Part shown: positions 12,822 to 23,017 of the stretch, one piece after another
Layout of the letters: every line of letters starts with the position of its first letter
How positions within the stretch are numbered: the first letter of the stretch is position 1
Assembly (NCBI GenBank): GCA_036867785.1
Contig: CP145413.1
Coordinates: 1,364,001 to 1,428,000, forward strand
DNA from: Plasmodiophora brassicae
Taxonomy: Eukaryota
Length of the DNA stretch: 64,000 nucleotides
Reading direction: 5' to 3'
Made by a program: the position numbers and the translations under genes
Notes under the pieces: generated by a model
Seen by the model: the letters and a program-made list of their open reading frames with translations, nothing else
Told to the model about the DNA's origin: nothing
Database searches by the model: none

Positions 12822-13707
12822 ATGTCTGGCAAAGGTGGGGCGCGTGCGGCGACTTCGTCTGCTGGGCCGCCCGCCAAGCGGGAGCGGCGCGAGAACATTG
12901 AGATGTGGATCGCGAAGGTGCCGGGGTTCGTCGTCGACGAATGGGACAAGCGCAGCGGCGAGCGGCCGTCGGACCCGGTCGCCCAGCTGATTCCCGATGC
13001 GTCGTCGTCGACGGCGTCCGGCCTGCCGACCAGGATGACGTTGCAGATGGCGGATGGCAGCACCCTGGAGTTCGTACCACGTCCCGAGTACCTCCCTGGG
13101 TCGGAGATCAAACCGCCAACCATGGTCATCGTTTCTGACTCCGACGGGACGGCCGTCGTCGAAGGCAAGGCGACCATATTCGCTGACGTGCGTCCGGCGG
13201 CGGCCCTGTCTTCCTCCTACCAATCAATGGTGGATACCAGGAAGACGCGGTACGGGTCCGATCTGCAGACGCAGAAGATGGAACTGGATGCTGGCCTGGA
13301 GAGCGGCGGGGCGATGTCGCAGCAGTTCAAGATGCTGTCTGGTCTGCCGTCCGGCAGTCGCCCTGTGCGTCCGATAATGAAGAAGAGGGAGGAGCGTGCC
13401 GTCGATAAGCGGGTGCGCATGGACGAGAAGCAGCTGAAGAGCCTCCTGTTCACCCTATTCGACAAGAAGTCGGAGTACAGGTTCAACGAGCTGGTGGACC
13501 TGACGGATCAGGTACGTTGAGCGAATCGGCAACAGCGGCGTCGTCGTGATCATCGTCGTCCATTGTATGCAGCCTCGCGTGTACTTGAAGGAGGTCCTGG
13601 ACCAGATTTGCACCCAGCATCGATCCGGCCCTCTCATGCATTACTACTCGCTGAAGGATAACTACCGATTAACGTCGGACGTGGCCGAATCGCCCGAACA
13701 GCAGTGA
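12822..13707 (+). CDS. Transcription initiation factor IIF beta subunit (RAP30/Tfg2)
   Basis: MWIAKVPGFVVDEW N-terminus; winged helix RMDEKQLKSLLFTLF..LVDLTDQ|PRVYLKEVL across intron 13512-13572. Confidence 0.85.
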
Positions 13708-13791
13708 CCGTGACCAGTACAATATGTTAATTAACGCGGACTACCTCGGTTCCTTTCAGGGCATAAATACGTTGACGGGTGACTCGATAGG

Positions 13792-15441
13792 TTACGATCG
13801 GGAAGCCGCTGCCGCTGCTGCTGCTGCCGCCGTTGCTGCTGCTGCTGTGGGGCTGGCTGGAGATGCATCTTGAACGGCATCGGCGACGCCACGCTCGTCA
13901 GCACGGCGCCACACGGTGATGGATTGGTCCCATCCGGCGGATAGGATCTGCGAGCCGTCCTCCGTCCAGGCTGCCGACGTCAGAATCACGGGCGCCTCGC
14001 GCGCGCTCAGCTTGATGATGAGCTCGCCGCTGAGGTTGTAGCTGTGCACGGACCCGTCGTCCGCCGGCAGCGTTAGCAGGGCGCTGTTCGGCGAGAAACA
14101 TAACCGATTGACGCGAGATGCACACGGGATCTCCGTCATAGGCTTCTTGGCAATGCGGATGTCCCATATGTGGGCCGTGCGATCGTCGCTGGCACTGGCA
14201 ATGATATCGGGCGTTCTGCCGTACGGGAACACGACCGACGTCACGTCCGCGGAATGCCCTCGAAACGTCATGCACGACGACGCTTGTCGCGTATCCCACA
14301 AACGAACCGTCTCGTCCTGCGATGCGGTCGCGACCAGCGGCGCGGACGGAGTCGTCGACAGGTTATGTATGCGCCCGGTATGTCCTTTCAGGACATGCGA
14401 GACGACGGCACGCCCATCGCCTGCACGGGGACTCAGACGGATGTTAAATGGCACAAGGGGCGTCTGCTGACCAATGTCCCAGATTCGACACTTCCCGTCC
14501 CAGGAACCAGTTGCGATTTGTGCCCCGTCGAGGACCTGCAGACGTGCGAGATGAGAGCACGCACCGACGAGCGACCCGGGTCGCATACCCAATCGGCACA
14601 AGAGACGACGGCGTTGTGGCCGGTTAACCAACAGTCTGGCTCGTCGATGACGTATGGTTTGGACGACGACGACGTGACCGACGCTGACCGGTTCCGTCCC
14701 ACTGCGTTATCGTCATGGTCGGCGTCCACGAGGGCTGTGGATTGGCCCGGCCACGACAGCGACCTGGAGAAACCCGGCGCCTGCGACTGGTTGTCGCCGT
14801 CCAGCGGTTCGTCGACCGCCGACGCAGACGACCCGCGACGCGCGCCTGTGGTCCGGGCCTTGATCGAAAGAACGCAGGCCGTCGTGTCTCCAGACGCCGT
14901 TACGACCAAGGCTTCCGTTGGATGGAACCGAACGCTGTTCACAGCGCCCTCGTGACGAAACCTGCGCACACAGGACTTGCTCAGAACGGATCGTCATGTC
15001 GACGCGAACTGGAACAGCATTACGTGAACGCCTGCGTGCGATAAGGAAGCCACCAAACGACCGCGGTGCCATCCGCGCAGGCGGTCTGGTCGCGACAGCA
15101 CGCTCAGCAAGGGAATACGAATTCAGAGGACAAGCAGAGTGTACCGCGGCCAACGAATTATCCCACGCGGCAGTGGACACATCCGCGATCCCGTCCTGGT
15201 GTCCGGTTAACCGGTACGACTGTATCCAGGACTGCACATCGGGCCTGGCCATCGACATCTTGAACATGTTCTTCAGCCGGTTATCGATACGGATCGTCGC
15301 CACACTGCCACCGGGGCCCGGCGCGCGGCCAGACAGGCGCGCCCGGCGCCGCAGCATCCGGTTCTCCTGCGTCAGCTCGTTGATCGCATCGGTCAGGTCG
15401 GCGAGCAGCACCTCCACCCGCCGTTCCAGATCGCTCCCCAT
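13792..15441 (-). CDS. WD40-repeat protein, WDR37-like, multi-exon
   Basis: N-terminal coiled coil (LTQENRMLRRR), then multiple GH..WD repeats (GHQDGI, HEGAVNSVRFHP, GHSADVTS). Confidence 0.85.
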
Positions 15442-15838
15442 CCGTCCCACCCGCGTCGTCGTCACCAGATGTGAAATGAACCGAAATGACCGCAACAGCA
15501 AAAATTCGCCATTCGTCGGTACCGCATTATTGGGTCCGCGTCGCCGCAACAGGCCCTGCACCGCGCGCTGGTCGCAGCACGGCAAGTCCCGCACGCATGG
15601 GCGGATTTCGCAGACGCCGACGAAGGCACGCTGCGGAATTTCCAGAGCACCGCTGCGATCAGACAGGCGCGGTCGCTGCAGAGCTGCATTTCGTACGGGA
15701 CAATATAGCTGCAGCTCGGGACGGGACAATCGCACCGGTGTGCTGCAGACAACACTCAGCAGGCCCTTTGTACTGTGTAGTCATCCGCGTCTGCGCAGTC
15801 AAACGTTCCGGACTGCGCGGGGCGTGCTGTTACCGGCG

Positions 15839-16843
15839 ATGACGAAGCCGAAAAAGCTGAGCAAGTCGGCGCTGAAGGAGCAAGGGCGGCGTGATGCGAT
15901 CCGCGAAGCGTTTTCCAAGTTCTATGGGGCGATGTACGAAGACGACGATCGCTGGGGGACATCGCTGCTTCCAGCGCTTCGAGTGCCGGTTCGGTATTCG
16001 TGCCTGGTGAACCGGTACGCCGCGGCACCGGATTCTGTCACTGGCGATGAGGGTGTTCGTCGAGTGGAATGGCTGCCCTCGTTCCAGGTGTACGTCAACG
16101 ACAACGACGAGGGGCGACCGCGTCCGTTCCCTCAACCGGTGCACGACCCGACGACAAACGTACGAACGCATTACCTTCTGGACCTCGCGTCGATCCTGGC
16201 TGTCGACGCGCTCGACGTTCGCCCAGCGGATCATGTCCTGGATTTATGTGCCGCTCCCGGTGGCAAATCGTTATGCATTGCGCAGAGACTGGACGCCGAG
16301 TCTGGTGGCAGGCTCCAGGCTAACGACCCGTCCAGCGCGCGACGTGCTCGTCTCTGTTCTGTTCTTCGACAGTACGTCCCTGAACGCGCTCGCGACAGCA
16401 TTATTGAAGTCACTGGCATAGACGTAACCTGCTCTCGACATGCCCTACTTCCAGTAGGAACATTTGATCGGGTCCTTTGCGACGCGCCCTGTTCGTCTGA
16501 ACGGCACGTCCTGCACGACGCGGACGAGTTGGGCAGGTGGACGCCGGGAAGGTCACGGCACAACGCGAAACGGCAGCTGGACTTGCTTCTGGCTGCGATC
16601 CGTGCCACGAAACCGGGCGGTCGCGTGGTGTATTCAACGTGTTCGTTGAGCGCGTTGGAGAACGACGGCGTCGTGGAAAAGGCGTTGGCGAAAAGCGAAT
16701 TCCGATGCGACGTGATTACCAGGTCGTTGTCGTGGCCTGTTGGTGAATCGACCAGCCTCGGTTGGATTGTCCTGCCCGATCGACCTGGCAGATGGGGCCC
16801 ACTGTATTTCTGTGTTTTCATCAAGCGCGAAGAGGCTGTATGA
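15839..16843 (+). CDS. NOL1/NOP2/Sun-family RNA m5C methyltransferase (NSUN3/4-like)
   Basis: YLLDLAS, VLDLCAAPGGKS, FDRVLCDAPCSSER, VVYSTCSL..EN. Confidence 0.92.
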   Translation: MTKPKKLSKSALKEQGRRDAIREAFSKFYGAMYEDDDRWGTSLLPALRVPVRYSCLVNRYAAAPDSVTGDEGVRRVEWLPSFQVYVNDNDEGRPRPFPQPVHDPTTNVRTHYLLDLASILAVDALDVRPADHVLDLCAAPGGKSLCIAQRLDAESGGRLQANDPSSARRARLCSVLRQYVPERARDSIIEVTGIDVTCSRHALLPVGTFDRVLCDAPCSSERHVLHDADELGRWTPGRSRHNAKRQLDLLLAAIRATKPGGRVVYSTCSLSALENDGVVEKALAKSEFRCDVITRSLSWPVGESTSLGWIVLPDRPGRWGPLYFCVFIKREEAV

Positions 16844-17211
16844 AAGCAATAGCCAATGAATAATCCGTATCAAGTTCTCGATATCGATACTGGGCATGAA
16901 GTAGTTAGCCCATATAGCATGTTTGACCACGGTAGCTGAAGACTGTGAAGAGGTACTACCGTGGAGTTCTGGAAGGACAGCGTCAGTGACTTAGTAACTA
17001 TGGGTCCGATTGGGTTAAGTACTCTGATATGAAACGCAGTTCCCCAGCGACCTCCGGCAGATGTACCTTTACCGTACAACCACGATGATGGGAAGCACGT
17101 GCAACTGTCGCTTGGATCTGCTGTCCCGGAGAGGTACTTCGGACGGAGATGTCCTATCTGAAGTTGGCTTACGCCACTCAACTGACGTTTGTACCACGCG
17201 AACAGCCGCAT

Positions 17212-17324
17212 ACACTGCTCAGTCCCAGTTAAGTGGCCTGCGTCATCAGTCATCACTCATGAGTCATGACTTACCCAAACACTGCTCAGTCCCAGTCAAG
17301 TGGCCGGTGACATCACTCATCACT
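17212..17324. repeat. Imperfect direct repeat (~46 bp x2, 67-bp period) upstream of tRNA
   Basis: acactgctcagtcccagt(t/c)aagtggcc...catca(g/c)tcatcact at 17212 and 17279. Confidence 0.8.
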
Positions 17325-17372
17325 TACATTCACGTTCCCAACGAGGAGCCAGTTCTCCTGCTCGGCAGGCGT

Positions 17373-17445
17373 GCCCGATTAGCTCAGTTGGTAGAGCATG
17401 CGTCTAATAAGCGCAAGGTCATCAGTTCGAGACTGATATTGGGCA
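17373..17445 (+). tRNA. tRNA-Ile (AAT), copy 1
   Basis: Cloverleaf: acceptor GCCCGAT/ATTGGGC, D arm GCTC/GAGC, anticodon arm TGCGT-CT AAT AA-GCGCA, T arm ATCAG-TTCGAGA-CTGAT; T-run downstream. Confidence 0.95.
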
Positions 17446-17520
17446 ACAACGTTTGGTTTTGCGCACTCCCGCACAAGTCGTTCCAAAATGAACATTACTG
17501 TGCCAGTTAAGGTCCAGGTA

Positions 17521-17849
17521 GGAGGGTAGAGACGGGACAGAGCGTCGGGGAGCGTGTTCAAGATTCCAGGACGATGGATGACCTCGAAATTATCGTGTCG
17601 AGCCATGCCATGATGGTCGGGTTCAACTGCTATTGTGTTCGCCCTGAAGCGCTTCCATTTTTATGTGTGGGGTCGCCGCTTCATTCTGTATACGGATCAC
17701 CGTGCAATGTCGTTCATGCTCTCACAACGGCATTTGAACCCGACCATCACGACATGGCTCGACACGAACCTCGCTTATAATTTCGAGGTCATCCATCGTC
17801 CTGGAATCTTGCACACGCTCCCCGACGCTCTGCCCCGTCTCTACCCTCC
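17521..17849. mobile_element. Ty3/Gypsy RT-RNaseH fragment arranged as an inverted repeat (arms 17521-17626 / 17734-17849)
   Basis: + strand translates FALKRFHFYVWGRRFILYTDHRAM..FEVIHRPG..PDALPRL (Gypsy RNase H end); the left arm is the reverse complement with a 10-bp deletion and a few substitutions. Confidence 0.88.
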
Positions 17850-17987
17850 ACGCCTCCAGCGCGCCATCACAGCCGCCGGAGAACCCAGCACGCAGGGTAT
17901 GCGTCTGTCTGCGATGACTGCCTTCGGTAGTGGATGTTGAGTTCTCGCTTGTTCACTTTTATTTGGATATTCCCTGCGTGTTCATGA

Positions 17988-18402
17988 TTGGGCGATGCTG
18001 GCGAGCAAGTTCTGCAGACTGCTGCTTTGATGGTCTCTTCGGACAATCGGCCAGCTTTTGAGAGCCTTGGCAATGCCAGCATTTCAGCTTGTGTTCGCCA
18101 TGCATGGAGGCGCTGCGCCCGTTGAGCACGGCGCATTCCAGCATCCGCCATCCACCAACCGTCCTAGCAGTCATCAGCGCGCTCGCCAATTGATCACCGC
18201 CAACAAGAGAGCATCAGGCGACCGGCAAACGGCAGAGGGACGAGACGACGCCGTCTTCAGACGGCGCGGTTCGGTGGACGGCAATGGTGGAGCCTCGATG
18301 AACGGTAAACATGCTGAAACGCTGGCATTGCCAAGATTGATGGATGACTGTCCGACAACACGTTCAAAGCAACATCATAACTTGCTGACCAAAGTCGCCC
18401 AA
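17988..18402. mobile_element. Probable retrotransposon gag zinc-knuckle fragment as a diverged inverted repeat (arms ~17988-18161 / ~18267-18402)
   Basis: - strand reads KCWHCQGSQKLADCP (degenerate CCHC knuckle); 18066-18088 matches the reverse complement of 18313-18335 at 22/23. Confidence 0.6.
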
Positions 18403-18711
18403 CCCATCGCCCTCATCCTGCTGTCGCAGGTCCTTCAGTACCTTTTACTGCGTCACGATCTTGCTAAATTCGCCATACCCTCTTTGGACCAGCTCGCCAA
18501 CAGGCGCTTCTTGTCCTTTTACCGACTCCTGAAATGCCGCCGTGTTTAATCATTCAACAGGCACATCCCGTCGAAGAAGAGGAACCCGTCCGGCAGGTGC
18601 CCGCATGGGAGCGGGCCAGAACCAGCAGCGGGACCCAGTTCATCTACTGCGATTCCGGCATATGCAAACTCTCCCGGACGCATGGTGTTCTCCTCCAGGT
18701 AAGAGGTGTTC

Positions 18712-18938
18712 TGGGGTGTGATCCGAGCCAAGCTAAAGCCCGCGCGCGCTGACGACGTCGGGAAGTCTGGAAAGCTGATACTGAGGTCGTGGACGTATAC
18801 GCGCAGAACATAAGTTGGTATCGCAAGGCCATATTCATCGGCTGTTCGAAGACGCCGAAAGCTAGCAATTTCAGCGTTCGATGACTTCCCGTCGCCAGCG
18901 CACGCGGGCTTTAGCTAATTAGCTTGGATCACGCCCCA
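18712..18938. repeat. Inverted repeat, ~56-bp arms (18712-18767 / 18883-18938), 115-bp loop
   Basis: tggggtgtgatccgagcca..agctaaagcccgcgcgcgctgacgac..gggaagtc vs gacttcccgtcgccagcgcacgcgggctttagct..agcttggatcacgcccca. Confidence 0.85.
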
Positions 18939-18979
18939 AACCGCGCAGCAGATTGGCTGCCTAGGTAGTCGTCAGACGT

Positions 18980-19052
18980 GCCCGATTAGCTCAGTTGGTA
19001 GAGCATGCGTCTAATAAGCGCAAGGTCATCAGTTCGAGACTGATATTGGGCA
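18980..19052 (+). tRNA. tRNA-Ile (AAT), copy 2
   Basis: Identical 73-nt sequence to 17373-17445, followed by a TTTTT Pol III terminator. Confidence 0.95.
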
Positions 19053-19821
19053 TCAACTTTTGGTTTCGCGCACTCCTGCACATGTTCCTCAATGACACCG
19101 AATTCCAAATACTTGAACGCGTTCTCGATAAACGCCGAATCCACCTGAACGCGATCTCGATATTGTCGGCAGTCACCGCTCAATCTCAACGAGGTCATGA
19201 GACGACTTTCCCAGACTTAACGAATGAGTTCGCCCAGTCCTGGAAGCGCAATCATGAATCTCTCGTTGACGGTCCTGAACGGTCGCCAATGGCGGACGAC
19301 CTGATAGTTTTGCACCTGGCTCAGACTGTCCAGTATAGCCAGCGGTAGATGCGTCCTCGCATGGGACTATCGCCCTAAAGGCGTCGTCCTCCACCGAGCA
19401 CAGCAGCTGAAATGTTTCGACTGCATGCAGCAGACATTCCAATGATACCTATTGTGTTTATGCCTCCATGGTAAGCTACATCCCTATTGGTCGCACGACA
19501 TCGTGCGAAACGTTCTTGAAACTTGCTGGCTGAGTCTGTTATGTAGACCGGACCGCCCAATTAGGGCGCCACGAGAGCAGCTGCTTTCGTGTCGCATCGC
19601 TAGGACGGCGCGATGGTTCAAACCCGTCGAAGCCTCGAAGCGCTGTGTCCGGCTTGTGCCGATTATTCGACCTGGGGCACGGCAGGTTCAACGAACGACG
19701 ACATGAAACCTTGTCGAATTTCGAATGATTAGACGGAATGCGCTACGTCTAATGCGACGAAGGACACTGTAGATCCCAGTATCCGAGTACAAATTACGTG
19801 TGGCTGCAGGATTGTCATATT

Positions 19822-20256
19822 TTAACTGGTTCGCTTGGAATTGTCCTTGTCGGCCCGAGCAGCAAGATCGGCGATGGCGGCGATGATTTCTTGCCGGTCG
19901 CGATATTGACGCGTATCGATGCCCAGCATTTCGCCGACCTGCGGCCAGACGAACACCTGCCCCGATTTCGTCGCGTAGTTGGCCGTCTTGACTGTGATAC
20001 CTCTGGCGCGCATGACACGAGCCACATTCGAGTAGTTGATGACCGTATCAGGACTAAAATTCCTATTGAACCGGCTGCGAACGGTCTGCAACGCATCGTC
20101 GGGCGACGCGCCCGATTCCACCGCCTTCAGATACGCTTGGCCGACGCAGATGCACTGCCCGAATGACTTCAGTCGACACGTCGGATCCGACCCCGACTTG
20201 CGCCCGGGATTGTAGCTGACCGACGACGATGCTCCTCCGCTATCAGCTTCCTGCAT
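19822..20256 (-). CDS. Hypothetical protein (possible upstream exon starting ~20473)
   Basis: 144-aa ORF with plausible composition; no family recognised. Confidence 0.45.
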   Translation of the reverse strand: MQEADSGGASSSVSYNPGRKSGSDPTCRLKSFGQCICVGQAYLKAVESGASPDDALQTVRSRFNRNFSPDTVINYSNVARVMRARGITVKTANYATKSGQVFVWPQVGEMLGIDTRQYRDRQEIIAAIADLAARADKDNSKRTS

Positions 20257-20738
20257 CTTTGTCTCAGCGAACCGGATTAGAACCTATGCGAAGCGCAATG
20301 AGGCGGTGCACTTCAGGCGTTAGACACTAGCGAACCTCGACCAGGCCGTCCTCAACGCGGCGCCCGAGCTCGCCACTCCAGCACGCGTCATTCGCGTCGC
20401 CACCCAGCTCGTCCAGCAACGTGTTCGTGACACTGCCGAAGAAGTCATCCAGCGCCGGCGCCCGGCCTGACATTGCGCGCGGCGCAACCGGCCCGCGCCG
20501 CCTCCTTCGCGAGTCGCTGCCCGACCCCGACCACCGGCTCGACCGCATCGAACTTCATCCTCCGACGCCCAACCCCATTTGTAAATGGCATCGCCATGCC
20601 CTTTTTTGTCGTTTTGGCTACGGTTGGGCCAAGGCTGAGTCGGAGCTGCACTTGTAACGCGTCTTCTCGGCGGGAGGGAAAGAAGGTTGGCGAGCACCGG
20701 GGTGCAGACTGCGGGCTGGAAGTCCGCGGTGGGTGCCG

Positions 20739-21621
20739 ATGGAGGCGGTGGCGGCCGCGCTGCATCGCGATGGGAAGGATCTGAACCTGGTCAACCTGCA
20801 CCGGCTGGATGCGGGTACGGACTCGGTCCTGTATACGGCGTCGTACGTCGTCCTGTACGTTCTGGTTGACATGCGATGGGAGCGTCACGATACGGAAGGG
20901 TCCATGTTCTGGGTCAAGCGCTCCTCCATGCCATGGTCGTGTGCCCCGGCCCTGTGTTCCCAATCACAACGGTGTCTATAAATCCTACATAGGCACAGAC
21001 TAGTGATCGTCAACCGACTCAATATCACAAATGTCACGGAAGACTTGGACCGATCCATGGCGATGGAATTCCAGAAACCGTTCGCCTTCTATCGAAGTTC
21101 AAACGGAGACGTATGGTTCCTCTATCGTCGCAGAACGTCCGCTCAGCTGACCTGGGTCCAATTCCAAACAGGTGTTTGCTATCTGGTTTTCACAGCAAAC
21201 CGATTTCGACGAGTTCCAGCAGAAATGGCAGACGTATGGTTGTATCGGGTCAATGCTCGTCACGATTCATTCACAGTGGCGACCCAGGTTTGCGGTTTCA
21301 AAGGGGTCCTCGTTGCCGCCCACGCCGATCCCACAGCAGCAGCAGCGCCCTAGCTTGCTGAGCGCGACGGCAGCGACCCCATTGCGACCCGCTGCAACGG
21401 CAGCACCCGTTCTGATATCGCCCGACTTCCTGCTGAAGTCGCCAAGCCCTTCTGTCAGCCGACTGGTCCCGAACACCGGTCGCGACAACGTCACGGCAAC
21501 CCCACGCCGCAAACGTCTTAATCGACGCGAGTTCGAACGGGCATTGCGGCGACTTGTGGACAGCGATGCGTTTGTCGACCAGCTGCACCGCCTATACTGC
21601 TCAAAGATGCCTACAGAATAG
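20739..21621 (+). CDS. DCP1: mRNA-decapping subunit DCP1 (EVH1 + C-terminal trimerisation helix), multi-exon
   Basis: LNLVNLHRLD..TASYVVLY..WERHDTEGSMF; IVNRLNITN; C-terminal FERALRRLVDSDAFVDQLHRLY. Confidence 0.88.
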
Positions 21622-21732
21622 CACGCATAACGAACGGGAAACGCACTGACGTCACGCGTAGCGATGGATGAGGATTGTTAGGCCCGTTTAACATATTCGA
21701 TGTGATAGAATGCAACTGGATAATCTAGCGCG

Positions 21733-22383
21733 TCACGACAAATACGAGAACTCGCTCCGCTTGATTTGCCGGGAGATGTAGTCTTGGTTGAACTTGGTGA
21801 ACGTATTGAACTGGTCTGAATTGGCGCGACAGCAATCGAGTCAGCAAACGTATATTCCCCCCTGTTGGCAGCGACAACCATACCGCAAAGCTGCTGGTGT
21901 AGTATGGCGTCGTACTCCAGCTTGATCTGTTCCGATGCGGACCGGACGGCTTGCTCAACCATGCTTTGCACCTCGGAAATCGAATACATCTGAAGGGACG
22001 TAAGACGGCGCGGGACCACGCCCAAATCACAATCAAAGCGTACCTGCTCTGACTCGTGACCACACCGGTTGCATATGCGACCAGCGCGAGACGGACGTTT
22101 CGGACGGTCAATGAGTTCGGCTGTGCACAGAATTCGGGTCAATTATCGATGACGTACAGAATTGGAGGCGAATATTCGTACAAATATTCAACGTCGCAGG
22201 GGGGAATGGCGACGTTCGCGTCGACGACTGGCTATCGTGATGCTGAAGCGATTGTGTCACGTCCAGTCGCGGCCGCTTGACGGCGGAAAGCGATGCGGCC
22301 GGCGGCGAGAACGCGCGATGGCACGAATCGGAATCGTCGTTCCAGTCAATGCGGCGTTTGATGGCCGTCTGCGAAGCCGCCAT
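21733..22383 (-). CDS. AKIRIN: Akirin
   Basis: N-terminal ..AIKR..SP..KRPR; C-terminal EQIKLEYDAILHQQL|DQFNTFTKFNQDYISRQIKRSEFSYLS*. Confidence 0.88.
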
Positions 22384-23017
22384 TGGCGAAGACGATTGCA
22401 AGCGCCAAGCGCGACTCGCAGCGACTGGGTCAGGCGAGCGGCCTCCTGCGATCTGACGTCCTTCGGGCAGACGGCGTCCCGAGACTGCCGCGCGCACTCA
22501 GCACTCACTCCGACCGACGACGACGGCGGTTCCTCCGGAAATCAAGGGCGCACCAGTCACGGATGGATCGCTCCAACGGTACCGTTCGGCTGGGTCAGCC
22601 TCTTTCGCTCTGAGCCCGCCGGCCGGGATGCCGCGCGATCTGAACCGTCCAACGCGTCACGGACTTTCCCGAGTGGCGCACCTTTTCACAACTGCACGCG
22701 CTCGCCACCCGACCACCATGGGCCACCACCATGGCCACCTTACTACTTCCTATACTCCTTGAATGCCATCCTGTCCTACTTGCATGCAGTGCCCGGAACA
22801 AACGGGCCATCAAGCACATCATTTGGCGTATAATAGTCCTTCGCGTTGGTCCGAACTTCGACGGTCCCCATGGGCAGCCCAGTTTGGGTGTATACAGTAC
22901 CAAGATTCGGCGCCAGCAGCCTGACTGGGATTGGTCGCCTGGAGATGATCTGTGACTGTCCAGATGTGAGTCGAATACCGTCACTGCCGTGGGGTGCTGG
23001 TGGCAGTATCGGCAGGG

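Noticed and set aside
14918-15838. N-terminal 300 aa of the 641-aa ORF
   Set aside because: Antisense shadow of the WD40 gene; the methyltransferase plausibly starts at ATG 15839.
17212-17324. Possible CRISPR-like repeat-spacer
   Set aside because: Only two imperfect units, eukaryotic context, no cas genes.
18995-19348. ORFs containing VEHASNKRKVISSRLILG repeated twice
   Set aside because: Merely translations of the tRNA-Ile sequence.
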